A stretch of 64,000 nt of DNA from Coniocarpon cinnabarinum (taxonomy: Eukaryota). The notes under the pieces were generated by a model. That model did no database searches. It saw only the letters and a program-made list of their open reading frames with translations, and was not told the origin of the DNA. The stretch is from the NCBI GenBank assembly GCA_051942205.1, contig JAVECO010000055.1, positions 1 through 64,000 of the forward strand. The letters run 5' to 3'. Below, one piece after another: positions 1-11,791 of this stretch. Numbering within the stretch: position 1 is the first letter of the stretch; every line of letters begins with the position of its first letter. The position numbers and the translations under genes were made by a program.

Positions 1-3000
1 GTCTTATAGATATTAGTAAAGATACTAATTTACTATATAGCTTATAGTAAACTATTTTTATTTATTAATAAAGGTTATAGCTTTTAATAAATTTATTTAT
101 ATTATTATTAATATAATTTTAATAGTATTTAATATAAAGTATTTTAAGTATTTTTATATACTTAAGATAACCTATCTTTTTTATATTATAGTTTCTATAT
201 AGTAACTCTACTCTTAAAGTAAAAGATTAAAATATTTATACTCTATTTTTAAAGTATAAAAGGCTATTTAGAAATACCTATCTTTTATCTAACTTACTAG
301 CTTTTTTTTAATTTTTATTTTTTTTTTACTCTATTTATACTATTAAGGTATTTTTTTTATATAGCTTTTATAAATTTAAAAAGAAGGTTTATAAAAATAT
401 TAAAAGCTATTTTATACTAGGTTACTATAATAGTTTATATATATAGTATAAGATATATTAACTTATCTATACTAGCTATTTTTTTTATATATTATAAGTC
501 TAGTACTATCTTACTCTAGGGCTATATCTAGGTTTTTTTATAACTAGTAGATATAGCGTTAAAATTCTACTAAGTCTAGATAAATACTAAAAGGCTCTAC
601 TATAAAAATAGTAATAGCTTTTAAAGCTAGACTTTATATATTATACTTTTTTTTAATACTAGTAATCTTATAGAGTCTACTAGAATATCTACTTTATTAA
701 ACTATATCTAAGTAGTTATACTTTCTAAAGTATAAATAAGACTCTACTTTAGTATAAATAATATTAAATTATAACCTACTTACTTACTAGTAAGTATATA
801 ATCTAAACATCTTAATAAAGTATTTATAAGATTTATAGTACCTTTTTTATATTTAATAATAAAGTTATATATTAATAAAAATTCTACTTAGTAATCTTAA
901 TATCTAGTTAGCTTTTTTATAGTTATAAAGTATTTTAGGTTATTATAATTATAAAAGACTTATATAATATATACTATATCTTCTAAGTAGTATTAAAAGT
1001 ACTTAAATAATTATATAATAGTAAAAAGCTTTTTTTTATATGTATTGTAATATAATTTAGATTCTTATAATTTTTTTAAATAGTATATAATAGATTATAA
1101 ATATACTTAAAAGTTACTTTTTTACTTTATATCTAGTTTTAAGCTAGTACTAGGCTAAAGTAGTATTAATCTAATAGTAAATTTTAATATATCTATTTAA
1201 AGTATTACTAAAAGCTTAGAGTTAAAGTACTTTAATATTTTAGTAATTAAAAATATCTACTAAAGCCTATTAAAAGCTTTCTACTTTACTATACCTTAAA
1301 AAAAGAAGTTCTCTAGTATTATACTATTCTTTTTTTATTATTAGGCCTTAATTTTTTTTTTATAATTTTTATAATTTTTAGTAAGATTATTTAAAAAGGC
1401 TACTAATTTAGTATAATTATAGATAAATTATTAATAAAATTCTATAAAGTCTAGAAAAATAAGTATATTATATATACTTTATAGTATAGGCTAATTTTTA
1501 ATTATTTTAATTCTTTTCTTATTTATATTAACGCCTTAGTTAATAATAATAAATTCTAGAAATTTAACTAAATTAATAAAAAATTTATATTTTAATATCT
1601 TTATAAAAAAACTCTAAGTTTTTAGCTATTATAATACTTCTTATATATAATATATATATAAGTTATAGTTCTTAAGAAAAATAAGAATATTATTTAAATA
1701 GATAATATAAATAATATTAACTAGCCTCTTAAGAGTACTATTAATATATATTTAAAAAGTAGTAAAAGTATTAGCTAGTCTAAATAGTATAATACTATAT
1801 TTATAGTATTTATAGTAGGTTTTAAATACTATTTTCTACTTATCTTCTTTTCTAATTTAAATATAATAGTAGGTATTTCTTAAGTTTAATTTAAAAAAGA
1901 CTTAAGTACTAGTTAATTAATTAAGGATTTTTAAAATTAATAGTAAAGAATACTAATTTTTTACTATTATAATATTAAGACTATAGTAATTAATATAGAG
2001 ATATAGAGTACTATTAAACTTTAGTATAAATAAAATAAAAGTGCTAGTAGGGCTCTTACTTAGTTAAATCTAATTATAATCTAGGACCTTATTAAGATAT
2101 TTTTTTAGTACTTTAAGCTTTTAAAAAAAAGGTTATAAATTAGTATATTAAGAATCTTCTTTATTATATTAATAATATAATCTAATACTAGATTATTAAA
2201 AGTAAGTTATCTAGTTAATATTTTTAAGAAGATATTATAAAAACTCTAGAATTTAGAAGGTAATTTATTATTATTTAAAGCTACTACTACTTTTATACTA
2301 GTATAGTCTTATACTATATCTTTTTTAAATAAAAGCTAGCTTAAGAGAGCCTTTAATCTAGTATTATAAGGTACTTTAAAATTTAATTATAGTAGTATTA
2401 CCTATACTAGACTATTATTCTTTATCTTATATAATAGCTCTACCTTTAAAATAATAATAATCTAGTTATAAGCTACTTTTTATTTTTAAATAAATATACT
2501 TTAAATAAAAAAAATAAAGAGATTAGCTTAGATGAACTATAGTATATCTAATACTATATTATAATCTATAAATTTTATAATACTAAAGACTTACTTAAGT
2601 ATTTTAGAAGCTTTATCTAAATTAGTAGTCTTTAGCTTATTATTAATAATATAATAAATATAAAATTTATTTTTATTAAAAAGAATTACTAATAAAAAAA
2701 AATTTAAGACTTAGATAATTCAATATAAAAAAAAAAGCGCTTTAAAATTAAATTAACTTTTATACTACAGTCTAAAAGATAATAAACTAATATTTATTTT
2801 AGTATTAATATATTAAAGCTACTAGATATTATAATATTTATAGTATTAGAGCTACTAGGTATTATAGCTTTATTACTAAGAGTATTTATAAATTTATCTA
2901 GAATTATTAAATATAGTACTACTTTATTTATATCTATTTTTAGATATAGAGTACTTAAATTATTTACTAGTTTAGTATTCTTAAAATAGTTACTTTTATA

Positions 3001-4574
3001 GTAACTAAATTAGTTACACTTATAGTTTTTAATTAATATAGCTAATAACTTTTTTAGGCTAAAGCTCTTTTACTATAAATCTTTTTTATAACTATTTTAA
3101 GATACCTTACTACTAGTCTTAAAAAACTAGCTAAATAGTTTATTAAATAAAGCTACTCTAAAACTAGCTTAAAACTAATTATTTAATTTAATTTAAAGTA
3201 TAGTACCTTTTTAATCTTAGTTCTAACTTAGACTATAGATAGTATACTACTAGTCTATAGTCTAATAACTTTTAATAAATATTACTATATTTTAGATCTT
3301 ATTAATAGTTTTATAATTCTTATACTAGTTAAACTAATTAAATTTTTTTTATATCTTTTTTAAAAGCTTTATAAATATAACTATCTTATAATACTTCTTT
3401 AGTAAAAAACTAAAAAAGTCTATTTTATTAGTAAAAAAGTATAACTAAAGTATATAAATACCTTAACTATAAGTTATATAGTTATAAAAGTAGTTAGTAA
3501 GCTTTAATTTATAAAAAGCTAAATTAATTACTTAATTTTAAGCTAATTAAAAGATCTATTTAAGTAATATAAGTATATTTTTAAAATAAGTTTAAATTAT
3601 AATTAGATTACTATAGTACTAACTTTTAGTAGTTTAATATACTACTTATTTATTAATACTACTATTTAATTAAAGAGTTAAGTTAGCTTATATAAAATTA
3701 CTCTAAATAATAAATATTTATTTATATACTTTTTATTTATTTTTTTACTCTAAAACTAAAGCTTTTTTTTTAATAAAACTATTATAGTATTTTTTATTTA
3801 TATTAGTAAATAATAATATTACTAAAAAGGCTTAGTAATACTTAAAAAAAGTATAAGAAAAAAAAAAGAACTTAACTTTATAATTAGTTATTTTTAATAG
3901 TTTAATTTAATTTTTTTTATTATATTAAAAATTATCTTTTTTTAATATCTTTTAGTATATTTTTATATACTTAGATATAGCTTAGGCTACTATTATACTA
4001 TAGTTAGTACCTAGCTAGCCTATTAGAGTTATTATAAAAAATATAGTACTTTACTCTAGTTAAAATATATTAAATAGTATTATAAAATTCTTACTTTTAG
4101 TAGCTATCTATTTTTAAGTTATATTTATATTATTATAGTTTTAAACTACTATAAGCTTTTTAAAGTTACTATTACTATAGTTAATCTTATTTTTATTATT
4201 ATATATACTTACTTTTTTTAAAGTAATATTTTAATAAGCTGCTATAGTATAGGTTTAGTATATGTTTATTACTATATTACTATAATATTAGTATAAAAAA
4301 ATAGTCTTATAACTAATTTACTAATTTAAACTACTTTTTTATAAAATTAAAAGCTATTTAAATATAAGAAAATAGTTATAAGTAGAGTAGACTAGTATAT
4401 AATAGTATAGTATTTAATAAATAGCTAAAAAATAAATAAAAGAAGTAAAACAGTAGTAGTATATACTATAGTAGTAGCCTATATATAGCCTAGTTAGAGG
4501 CTAGAGTAGGGCTAAGTATAGCGTATAGCTAAAGTATAGCCAAACCTAGTAGGTTACGTAAGCACGCTCTTACA
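1..4574 (-). mobile_element. RIP-inactivated Ty3/Gypsy LTR retrotransposon, truncated by the window's left edge
   Basis: Very AT-rich, TpA-rich, CpA/TpG almost absent. Reverting C>T/G>A on the minus strand gives, in Gypsy order: gag knuckle C-N-Q-F-G-H-Y-K-S-D-C (~2986-3018); RT motifs DGTLRLCIDYRGLN (~1975-2012), KLDLRDAYH..IREGDEWKTAF (~1820-1895), MPFGLANAPATFQ (~1752-1790), YLDD (tat tta aat aat, 1689-1700); RNase H YDTHEKELFAIV (~1010-1050) and ADALSR (~810-830); integrase H2C2 region (~30-200). Confidence 0.92.
4263..4574 (-). repeat. Candidate 5' LTR of the Gypsy element (312 bp, TGT...ACA ends)
   Basis: Bounded by tgt at 4263 and aca ending at 4574, two of the very few TG/CA dinucleotides surviving in the block. 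It lies directly upstream of the minus-strand gag-pol and is locally less AT-rich. The partner LTR is outside the window. Confidence 0.6.
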
Positions 4575-5450
4575 TCTATATAGAAGTATAAAAAAAACTT
4601 ATACTATTCTATATTACTAAAGTAGTTTAAATAGCGCTATAAGTAAATATAACTAAAAGTTTATAGTAGTAGTAATCTATAAGTATAGCTAAAGAGTTAA
4701 TTTTAGTATTAATTTTTTTATAACTAGCTAGAATTTAAGTATAAAGATTATTAGCTAGTAAGATAGTAGAAAGCAATCTTTTATAAATTAATTTATTAAA
4801 GAGAGGGATTAAATTATTATTAATAATATTAGTATAGTCTACTACTTTTATTAGGTAGGCTAAAGAAAAGTATTAGCGGCTACTACTAAAGGTACGCTCT
4901 ATTGCTATCTAGGCTACTATCTAGTATCTACCTTAATATTAAAAATATAAGTATAACTCTAAATTTAGTATAAAAGTCTAGATAGTAGCTAATATAAAAA
5001 AATATAAAAATAACTTAAAAAAGAATAGTAAAATATACTTATAAGCTAAACTTCTTTTTAATATATAAAAAGTCTTTACTAAACTTAGAGTCTAACTTAG
5101 AAGATTTATCTAAAGCTAAATATATAAGTAATTATTAAAAATTTATAAGTATATATTATTTATTAAATATACTATCTAAAATAGTAGCTTAGTTATAGAA
5201 GAATAAAATAATTTTTTAAGACTTAAGCTAAATAAGAAGCTATAAAAAAATAATAGTAGAGTTTTTAAAGAAAAGTATAAAGGTATATAGGCACTTAAGT
5301 AATTTAAGTCTTTACTTAAGTATATTGCTTACTATCTAGCTTATCTTTTCTAATAAAAAGCTATAGAATAAAAGATTACTTTAAGATAACTCTATATAGC
5401 GTTAATCTCTAGTTTATTCTTATTTATCTAAGATAAGGGCTTATATAACA
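4575..5450. mobile_element. Second RIP-degraded repeat fragment, probably another LTR element
   Basis: Same RIP composition. Ends abruptly at ...taaca (5450), which reads TGTTA on the minus strand, an LTR-like terminus. Normal-GC DNA starts within about 20 bp. No protein motif recovered. Confidence 0.55.
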
Positions 5451-6017
5451 CCTAATTTATAGTCAACTAAGGCAATGCCGCTGTTTTGACGCTTCTGCTC
5501 TAGGACAGACCTTGCGAACCAGATATCGTGGAGCAGTAGGAAGGCCAGGAGAATCGAAAAGAATGAATACTCAAGGACAACAAAAGAGGACTCCGCGCTT
5601 CGCTTTCTATGTTCCAGTGCAGCTTCCATTGGACTCTCTTCGTGCTTAATCTAGAGCACGACGCTGTATCTGACATCAAAACCTTCTCCATCCCCACTTC
5701 TTTCCCACCAACTCTCTTCTCAACACTCTCATCAGCGCCCGGGGTCGTGATTTGCGGAGCCCCGGCTCGTGTCTTCCTCCCTCGGCCATCTTGGCCAGCA
5801 TCTCCAGACTCTCAACGAATCTGCGGAGTCCTTGTTCCGCCTTATCCACAATCAATTCCAGCCACTGGCCATATCACATTGACATTTGTCAAGATGACGA
5901 GAGCAGAGAAGCATGATGTCATGATTTCTGTGACTGGCGGTTGATACGCCAGGTCTAGGAATTGACTAGGAGCACATGCTCATATGCGATATGGGCTTCG
6001 CTGCATCGCTTGAAAGA

Positions 6018-7823
6018 TCACCGCGCAATCTGTACAATCTTATCAGGGTTTAGCAAACCCATTGGGTCCCACGCCTTTTTAAGAGCTCTCATTGCATCTA
6101 CGCCAGTCTGTCCGACTTCTTCAAGCAGATATTCTTTCTTGATGACACCTACACCGTGCTCACCTGTAGCTGTACCTTCCATAGCCAGCGCACGTTCAAC
6201 CATTCGATGAACCACGTCTGCTGTCACTTGTCGTCGCTTGTCATCGTAAAGTATGATTGCGTGAAAGTTACCGTCACCAACATGCCCAACGATGGTGCCA
6301 ACGAGACTGTTGTCTTTCATGTCCTTCTTGGTCTCCTCGACAATGTCTGGTAACCGAGAGATTGGCACAGCGACATCAGTCGTCCAGACATGTGTCTCCT
6401 CAACGGGATACGGTGTAGCGGCCATGCAGCTCCAAAGCGCTTCTTTTCGCGCTGACCAGAGTTCACTCGCTTCCTCTTCATTACGCGCGAACTCGAAACT
6501 CTTCGAGCCAGTCTTCTTTGCTTGAGCCTGCACGGAAGCTATACTGTCCTTCACGGCTCCTTGACTGGGCCCACTAAACTTGAAAAAGAGGGTCGGACTT
6601 TCCTTCCATTGCTTAGAAGTTGAGCCGGACAGGTTAACGCACCGCATCTGCTCCTCGTCTAGCAGTTCAACAGCTGCGATGGGGATGCCCTCACGCACTG
6701 TCTTGCTAACACATTCAGCTGCATCTTTGATGCTTCCGAATGTCGCAACTGCGACGCGTTGATTCTTCGGAGCCGCAGTGAGCTTGAGCGTTGCTTCTGT
6801 GACCAGCCCTAGGGTTCCTTCAGAGCCAATGAAGAGTCGCGTCAAGTCATAGCCTGCGCTGCTCTTTCTTGGTCTTTGCCGTGTCTTCACGATCGTTCCA
6901 TCTGCCATGACGACCGTCAAATTGACCACCCAGTCTCTCATCGTACCGTACCTGTATGCGTTGGTACCTGAGCAGCCTGTACCTACCATGCCACCAATCA
7001 TAGCACCAGGCCCAGGATCCGGCGGAAAGAAAAGTCCTTCCTTGGCCAGCTCTTCATTCAATGTCTCCCATCCCATCGCAGGCTGTACTGTACAATCAAG
7101 GTCGTCTGCATGTACTGCCAGAATCTGATCCATACGAGAGAAGTCTATGCATATGCCTCGATGTAAGGAAGCAAAGTGGCCCTCGAGAGAAGTGCCACCC
7201 GAGTATGGTACGACAGGTATCTGTCTCGAATGACAGACGTTCATTATCTTTGAAACATCTTCCGTCGATCCAGGCTTGACGATACAAAATGGTCGGTCAT
7301 TAGGAGTGTGCGAATAGCTGCTCCATGCCGAGCCAGCGTGGGTATCTCGGTCCGCATCCGTAGTGCTCACGTTTTCTTCTCCAACGATAGATCGGAAGTC
7401 TGCCCACGCTGCTTGCAGATTGTTCTCGCTGAGATCGTGTTTCAATTCTGGCGAATCTTTGAGGGAGAGCGTTGAGGACGTTGTGAGCTTGGGAGCAGTC
7501 ATTGAGCCGAGACCGTACGCTACAACACATGCGAAGAGTAATGAAAGTGTAGTGGCAACGCCGCCGCCGCCACCACCTCCGACATTGCGGATGCGAGCAA
7601 AGCGCTCCTGCTCTTCCTTTTCGCGTTGTACTCGCTCCGTTGTGGATTGCCAAAGCTGGGATTTGAAGTCTGGTCTCTCGGCATCATTTCTTGGAGAAGG
7701 TTGCTTTTCCGCGTAATGTCTTCTTGCTAATACAGGACGAATACTCCGCGAGATGTGAGGTCGAGCGAGAAGGCTAGATGCTGGATGGGAGTGAAGAGCT
7801 CGACTGGAAGTGGACCGTGACAT
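6018..7823 (-). CDS. DLD1: Mitochondrial D-lactate dehydrogenase (cytochrome), FAD-linked oxidase
   Basis: 601-aa intronless ORF. R/S-rich presequence, TM segment, motifs PYSGGTSLEGH, FFPPDPGPGAMIGGM, RKSSAGYDLTRLFIGSEGTLG, GHVGDGNFH, GEHGVG. Confidence 0.93.
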   Translation of the reverse strand: MSRSTSSRALHSHPASSLLARPHISRSIRPVLARRHYAEKQPSPRNDAERPDFKSQLWQSTTERVQREKEEQERFARIRNVGGGGGGGVATTLSLLFACVVAYGLGSMTAPKLTTSSTLSLKDSPELKHDLSENNLQAAWADFRSIVGEENVSTTDADRDTHAGSAWSSYSHTPNDRPFCIVKPGSTEDVSKIMNVCHSRQIPVVPYSGGTSLEGHFASLHRGICIDFSRMDQILAVHADDLDCTVQPAMGWETLNEELAKEGLFFPPDPGPGAMIGGMVGTGCSGTNAYRYGTMRDWVVNLTVVMADGTIVKTRQRPRKSSAGYDLTRLFIGSEGTLGLVTEATLKLTAAPKNQRVAVATFGSIKDAAECVSKTVREGIPIAAVELLDEEQMRCVNLSGSTSKQWKESPTLFFKFSGPSQGAVKDSIASVQAQAKKTGSKSFEFARNEEEASELWSARKEALWSCMAATPYPVEETHVWTTDVAVPISRLPDIVEETKKDMKDNSLVGTIVGHVGDGNFHAIILYDDKRRQVTADVVHRMVERALAMEGTATGEHGVGVIKKEYLLEEVGQTGVDAMRALKKAWDPMGLLNPDKIVQIAR

Positions 7824-8156
7824 ATCGGCAGCTTAGAATTTTACATGCCGTTGCCAGTCATGAACAATGCGCGCAACGGTTGTCAACTAGGAGTTCACCG
7901 TTGCTCGGATCATTGGTTTCCTATGTTACAGCAAGTATCCAATGCTGGAGCTTTCCCCACAAGACGTCACGCCAAGCATTCCGTCGCATTTGCAGATCGC
8001 GTAGTAGAGCCATCCTGCTGTACTCCAGCAATATTTTGCAACAGCTTTGATCACGGTAGCAAAAGCGGCATCATAAACAAGTGGAATTCTTAAGACGTAT
8101 GAAGGTTGTTTACAACCAGCTCTAAAGCAGTAGTCTCACCTCGTGCTGCCTGAAAT

Positions 8157-9005
8157 ATGCCTCTCACGTTCAAGGGCGACAAGCCCAAGAACAAGAAGCG
8201 CAAGCGTCATGACGACGCAGCGCCGCTTGATGTATCAAATAAATTCGACACGTCAAGTACCATCGCCGAGTCTCCCGCCGTGAAACCATCGCACAAAGCC
8301 ATCGACATACCTGCTGAAGAAGACGACTCTTGGACCTCGCCCGACAACCCCTCTGATCTCGCCGGCCCAACCATCCTCGTGCTCTCAACAGCTCCGCATG
8401 CTGCGCTCGCCACCGATGCAGCCGGCAGCATCTTTCCGTCGCGATTGGAGAACATTATAGACGACAACCCAAGTACTGCGGAACCACACGACGTGCGACA
8501 AGTATGGATTGCCAATCGCGTGGCTGGCACAGACACTCTAAGTTTCAAAGGGCATCATGGTAAGTATTTGAGCTGCTCGAGGGAGGGTTCAGTATCAGCA
8601 TTGAAAGAGGCAGTTGGACCCGAGGAGCAATGGACTGTCGGCGTGGCAGAAAGTGGAGAGAGATACACGGTAAAGAACGTGCACGGCACTTATCTGGGAG
8701 TGGAGGAGAACGACGAAAACGATGGTAGAGCTGTGGAGAGGCTAAAGGTGCGAGGAGATTTTGAAGAACTAGGGAGAAGATGTGAAGCGCGCCTGCGAAT
8801 GCAAGCAAGATTCAAGCCAAGGATCAAAGTGCAGAAGGAGGAGAAAGCTCGCGAGAAGATCAGTCGGAGGCAGTTGGAGGAAGCGGTAGGCCGCACACTA
8901 GAGGACGAAGAGGTAAGAATTTTGAAGAAAGCGCGAAAGCAGGGTGACTATCACGAGGTACTGCTGGACATCAAAGTCAAAGGAAAGAGCGACAAATTTG
9001 CGTAA
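8157..9005 (+). CDS. FRG1: FRG1-family protein (fascin-like beta-trefoil)
   Basis: 282 aa. N-terminal LTFKGDKPKNKKRKR NLS, AEPHDVRQVW, FKGHHGKYLS, LRMQARFKP, C-terminal HEVLLDIKVKGKSDKFA. Confidence 0.88.
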   Translation: MPLTFKGDKPKNKKRKRHDDAAPLDVSNKFDTSSTIAESPAVKPSHKAIDIPAEEDDSWTSPDNPSDLAGPTILVLSTAPHAALATDAAGSIFPSRLENIIDDNPSTAEPHDVRQVWIANRVAGTDTLSFKGHHGKYLSCSREGSVSALKEAVGPEEQWTVGVAESGERYTVKNVHGTYLGVEENDENDGRAVERLKVRGDFEELGRRCEARLRMQARFKPRIKVQKEEKAREKISRRQLEEAVGRTLEDEEVRILKKARKQGDYHEVLLDIKVKGKSDKFA

Positions 9006-9261
9006 TCGTGAACACGTAATAGACTTCATAGCATTTGAAATTGCCGGCGCATCTATGACAAATGATTGTCTGCATAGTGGCAAAATAAAAATTTCAATAG
9101 TACCAGAATGTTGCGTCACTCATGCAAGGAACCACCAACTTGCAAATGCGCGTTTGCATATATGCAGTGGAACGCGGAAGAACGTATGCGAAAGTATAGA
9201 CGAGTCTTGTAGCTTGCCTGGTAACATTCTTTGAATTCCTAACAAGCAGACCGGCAAAAGA

Positions 9262-10089
9262 ATGGCGCCACCACGCACATTGGAAAGGAAAGTCGCCGTA
9301 GTCACAGGAGCATCAAGGGGCATTGGCACCACATTGGCGTACGATCTCGCCAGTCGTGGCGCCAAAGTCGCCATCACCTATACCAGCGAGAGCAGCAAAG
9401 CCGGTATCGAAGAAGTAACCAAACGCATCGCGTCCGAAACAGCCAGCACCTCTCATATCATACAAGCTGATCTGCGTGAACCCGCTGCCGCAGACAAAGT
9501 TGTCGAAGAGACGGTGAAGGCCTTTGGATTTGTCGACATCCTAGTCAACAACGCCGGCCTGATTCTGACGAAAACTGTCCACGATGTAACGCCCGAGGAC
9601 TTCGACTCCATCTACCATCTCAATGTTCGTGCACCGTTGCTCCTTGTGCAAAAGGTCTGGCCACATATGCGTCGCCCTGGCCGTATCATCAACATCAGCA
9701 GTGTGGGAGCTCGAGCAAATTTCCCAGGAACTAGCGTTTACGCTTCTAGCAAAACCGCTTTGGAGGGTCTGACAAGATGTTGGGCCTCGGAGCTGGGTGG
9801 AGACGGTACAACAGTTAACGCCGTTGGCGTTGGTCCTGTTGAGTCTGTGAGTATACTTGTGGAAGATAATCCAGCTGCCTTGATGTCTTTTTCTGACCAC
9901 ATAGCTCAGGATATGCTAGCACAGGTCGATCCCAGCATAGTGGACATGCAAAAGGCGACTACGCCAGTGAAGAAGCGGGTGGGCACAGCCCAGGACATTG
10001 CAGACATTGTGGCTTTCCTAGCGGAAGAGAGGAGCCGCTGGGTTTCCGGGCAGTGCATCTCTGCTAGCGGAGGCTATGCCTGCTACTGA
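9262..10089 (+). CDS. Short-chain dehydrogenase/reductase (FabG-like); one in-frame intron 9847-9909
   Basis: TGASRGIG, NNAG, NISS, YASSK motifs. The intron gtgagt...ctgac...cag is 63 nt, so the ORF track reads through it. Confidence 0.9.
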   Translation: MAPPRTLERKVAVVTGASRGIGTTLAYDLASRGAKVAITYTSESSKAGIEEVTKRIASETASTSHIIQADLREPAAADKVVEETVKAFGFVDILVNNAGLILTKTVHDVTPEDFDSIYHLNVRAPLLLVQKVWPHMRRPGRIINISSVGARANFPGTSVYASSKTALEGLTRCWASELGGDGTTVNAVGVGPVESVSILVEDNPAALMSFSDHIAQDMLAQVDPSIVDMQKATTPVKKRVGTAQDIADIVAFLAEERSRWVSGQCISASGGYACY

Positions 10090-10107
10090 AAATGCATCTA
10101 GCAATAC

Positions 10108-11457
10108 TTAGCGCTCGAAAATGTGTACGTCCTGACGAGATTGAAGTCGTGACAGAAGCTCCTGTGGTGGCATAGAAAGGGCGACGCAAATCTCGTCGAA
10201 GCAGTGGCTGCCATCCAAATAGCGATCTAATTGACGGTCTTGCGAACTGGTAGCAGCAGTGCTCTGCGCGTTTGCATCCTTAGTCGCGTACCAATGAACG
10301 CGATAAATGATGCCTCTCAAAAGACCTATAGTGATGAAACGACGAACATCGATATACTGCAATACTGATTGGTCCTGCACGATCCACGCTTTCAGCGTGA
10401 CGCCATGTGAAAGCTTTGTGTAGGCATTAACGATCAAACCGGTACTCGTAGATGCCGTGCTTATGGATGCATGTTTAGCGCAATCTTCTTGCAATGCCTC
10501 ATCGAACAGCAAACGACCAAGTTCAGGGGTCGGCGCATACGTTGCTCCGTACTGAAACATATCGAGTAGGACAACCAGCCTAAAGCGAAGAAATTGGTGA
10601 ATGGCTTGTTGGACAAGCGTGGTGTCTACGGACGCCAATTCCGCGATGCGTGCTATATGATTGATGCCATCAACGTATGGAGTGATCCGTTGCATGGTCA
10701 TATCCCATAGGCCGTTCACTGCATCACTCAAATCGACTATGCCGAATGGCACATGGAATGGTTTAGCAGATGGTACTGGTGGAATGGACGCGAAAAGCTT
10801 CAAATTCAACTCATGCGCATCACCTACCAAAACAGTCAGAGGAGCCTTAATTAGGCCAAAAGCGTTGTCACTTACTCAAACGAATTACGCATTCCCCGTA
10901 ATTGTTTAGGTCCTCATAAACGTTTTCGCACAGCATTCGCAGCTTTGGTACGCGGCTATCCGAGGCACAAGCCTCCTTGTTTTTCGGAGATTCAAAGTCC
11001 TGTTCATCACCAAGCAGAAGATCTTCTTGCTCTTCAGCGTCGGTCAAGACACGCGCTATCCTGTTCACAGCTTTCTCATATGCAGAACAGTCCTCATCTT
11101 CTCGTATTACGAGGCAGAAGTTGAATATGAATTCATTTCGAGTATATTTCTCGGTATCTTCTAAGCACACGGGATGGCCGAGAATGCGATAGCCATTAGT
11201 ACAAACGGCGACTGGCTGCTGACAGACATCCTGACGAGGGATGATATACTCAGAGATCTGAGAGAAGTCGAAGAGCGAAGAGGCTATATGGTCAGGATCG
11301 GGGGCAGCGGTAGCTAGCGGCCACTGATGCAAGACGATAGGTCCTCCATCCAGCCTGTCAGTCTCAATCTCAGTAATCATCTCTTGGTAGTGGTGGCGAA
11401 GGCAGGTCACGTACCCTTTTCAACATGAAAGCGTGCATAGAAGACGCCTTCAATCAT
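10108..11457 (-). CDS. NPR2: Nitrogen permease regulator 2 (GATOR1/SEACIT subunit); introns 11344-11414 and 10824-10875
   Basis: Spliced MIEGVFYARFHVEKGPIVLHQ..., FDFSQISEYIIPR, KYTRNEFIFNFC, EDLNNYGECVI, WDMTMQRITPYVDGINHI, IDVRRFITIG, DGSHCFDEIC. Confidence 0.9.
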
Positions 11458-11791
11458 GGCAGCTCAGAAGAACATTCCGTCGCGATTCTCGAGGTGGTAT
11501 ACGCTCTCATGGATTCTCACGTATGCAATGCGCTTTGAACGATAATTTCACAACAGGAGCCCAACCTCCAATCTCTAAAAAACGAGAGGCAATATTGGTT
11601 GAGCAGGATGCCGCACTTTTGAGGCACGTGTTTTTTTACCACGATGAACCGACGGGAGCTCCCGCCGCTAAAATTTTGATATCGAGATTCTGGATGTGAC
11701 ATTAGTCTTCCTCACTTCCATTGTCTACACGGCTGTCAACATATTCTCTGATGCGTTGACACATAGCGCAAAAAGTTCTCATAAGACGACC

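Noticed and set aside
3229..3264. Inverted repeat tagactataga...tctatagtcta in the AT block
   Set aside because: RIP-derived TA-rich low-complexity DNA produces such palindromes by chance.
1..5450. Organelle DNA, centromere core or bacterial contamination as the source of the AT-rich block
   Set aside because: RIP dinucleotide bias and recoverable retrotransposon motifs explain it; a centromeric location cannot be judged from sequence alone.
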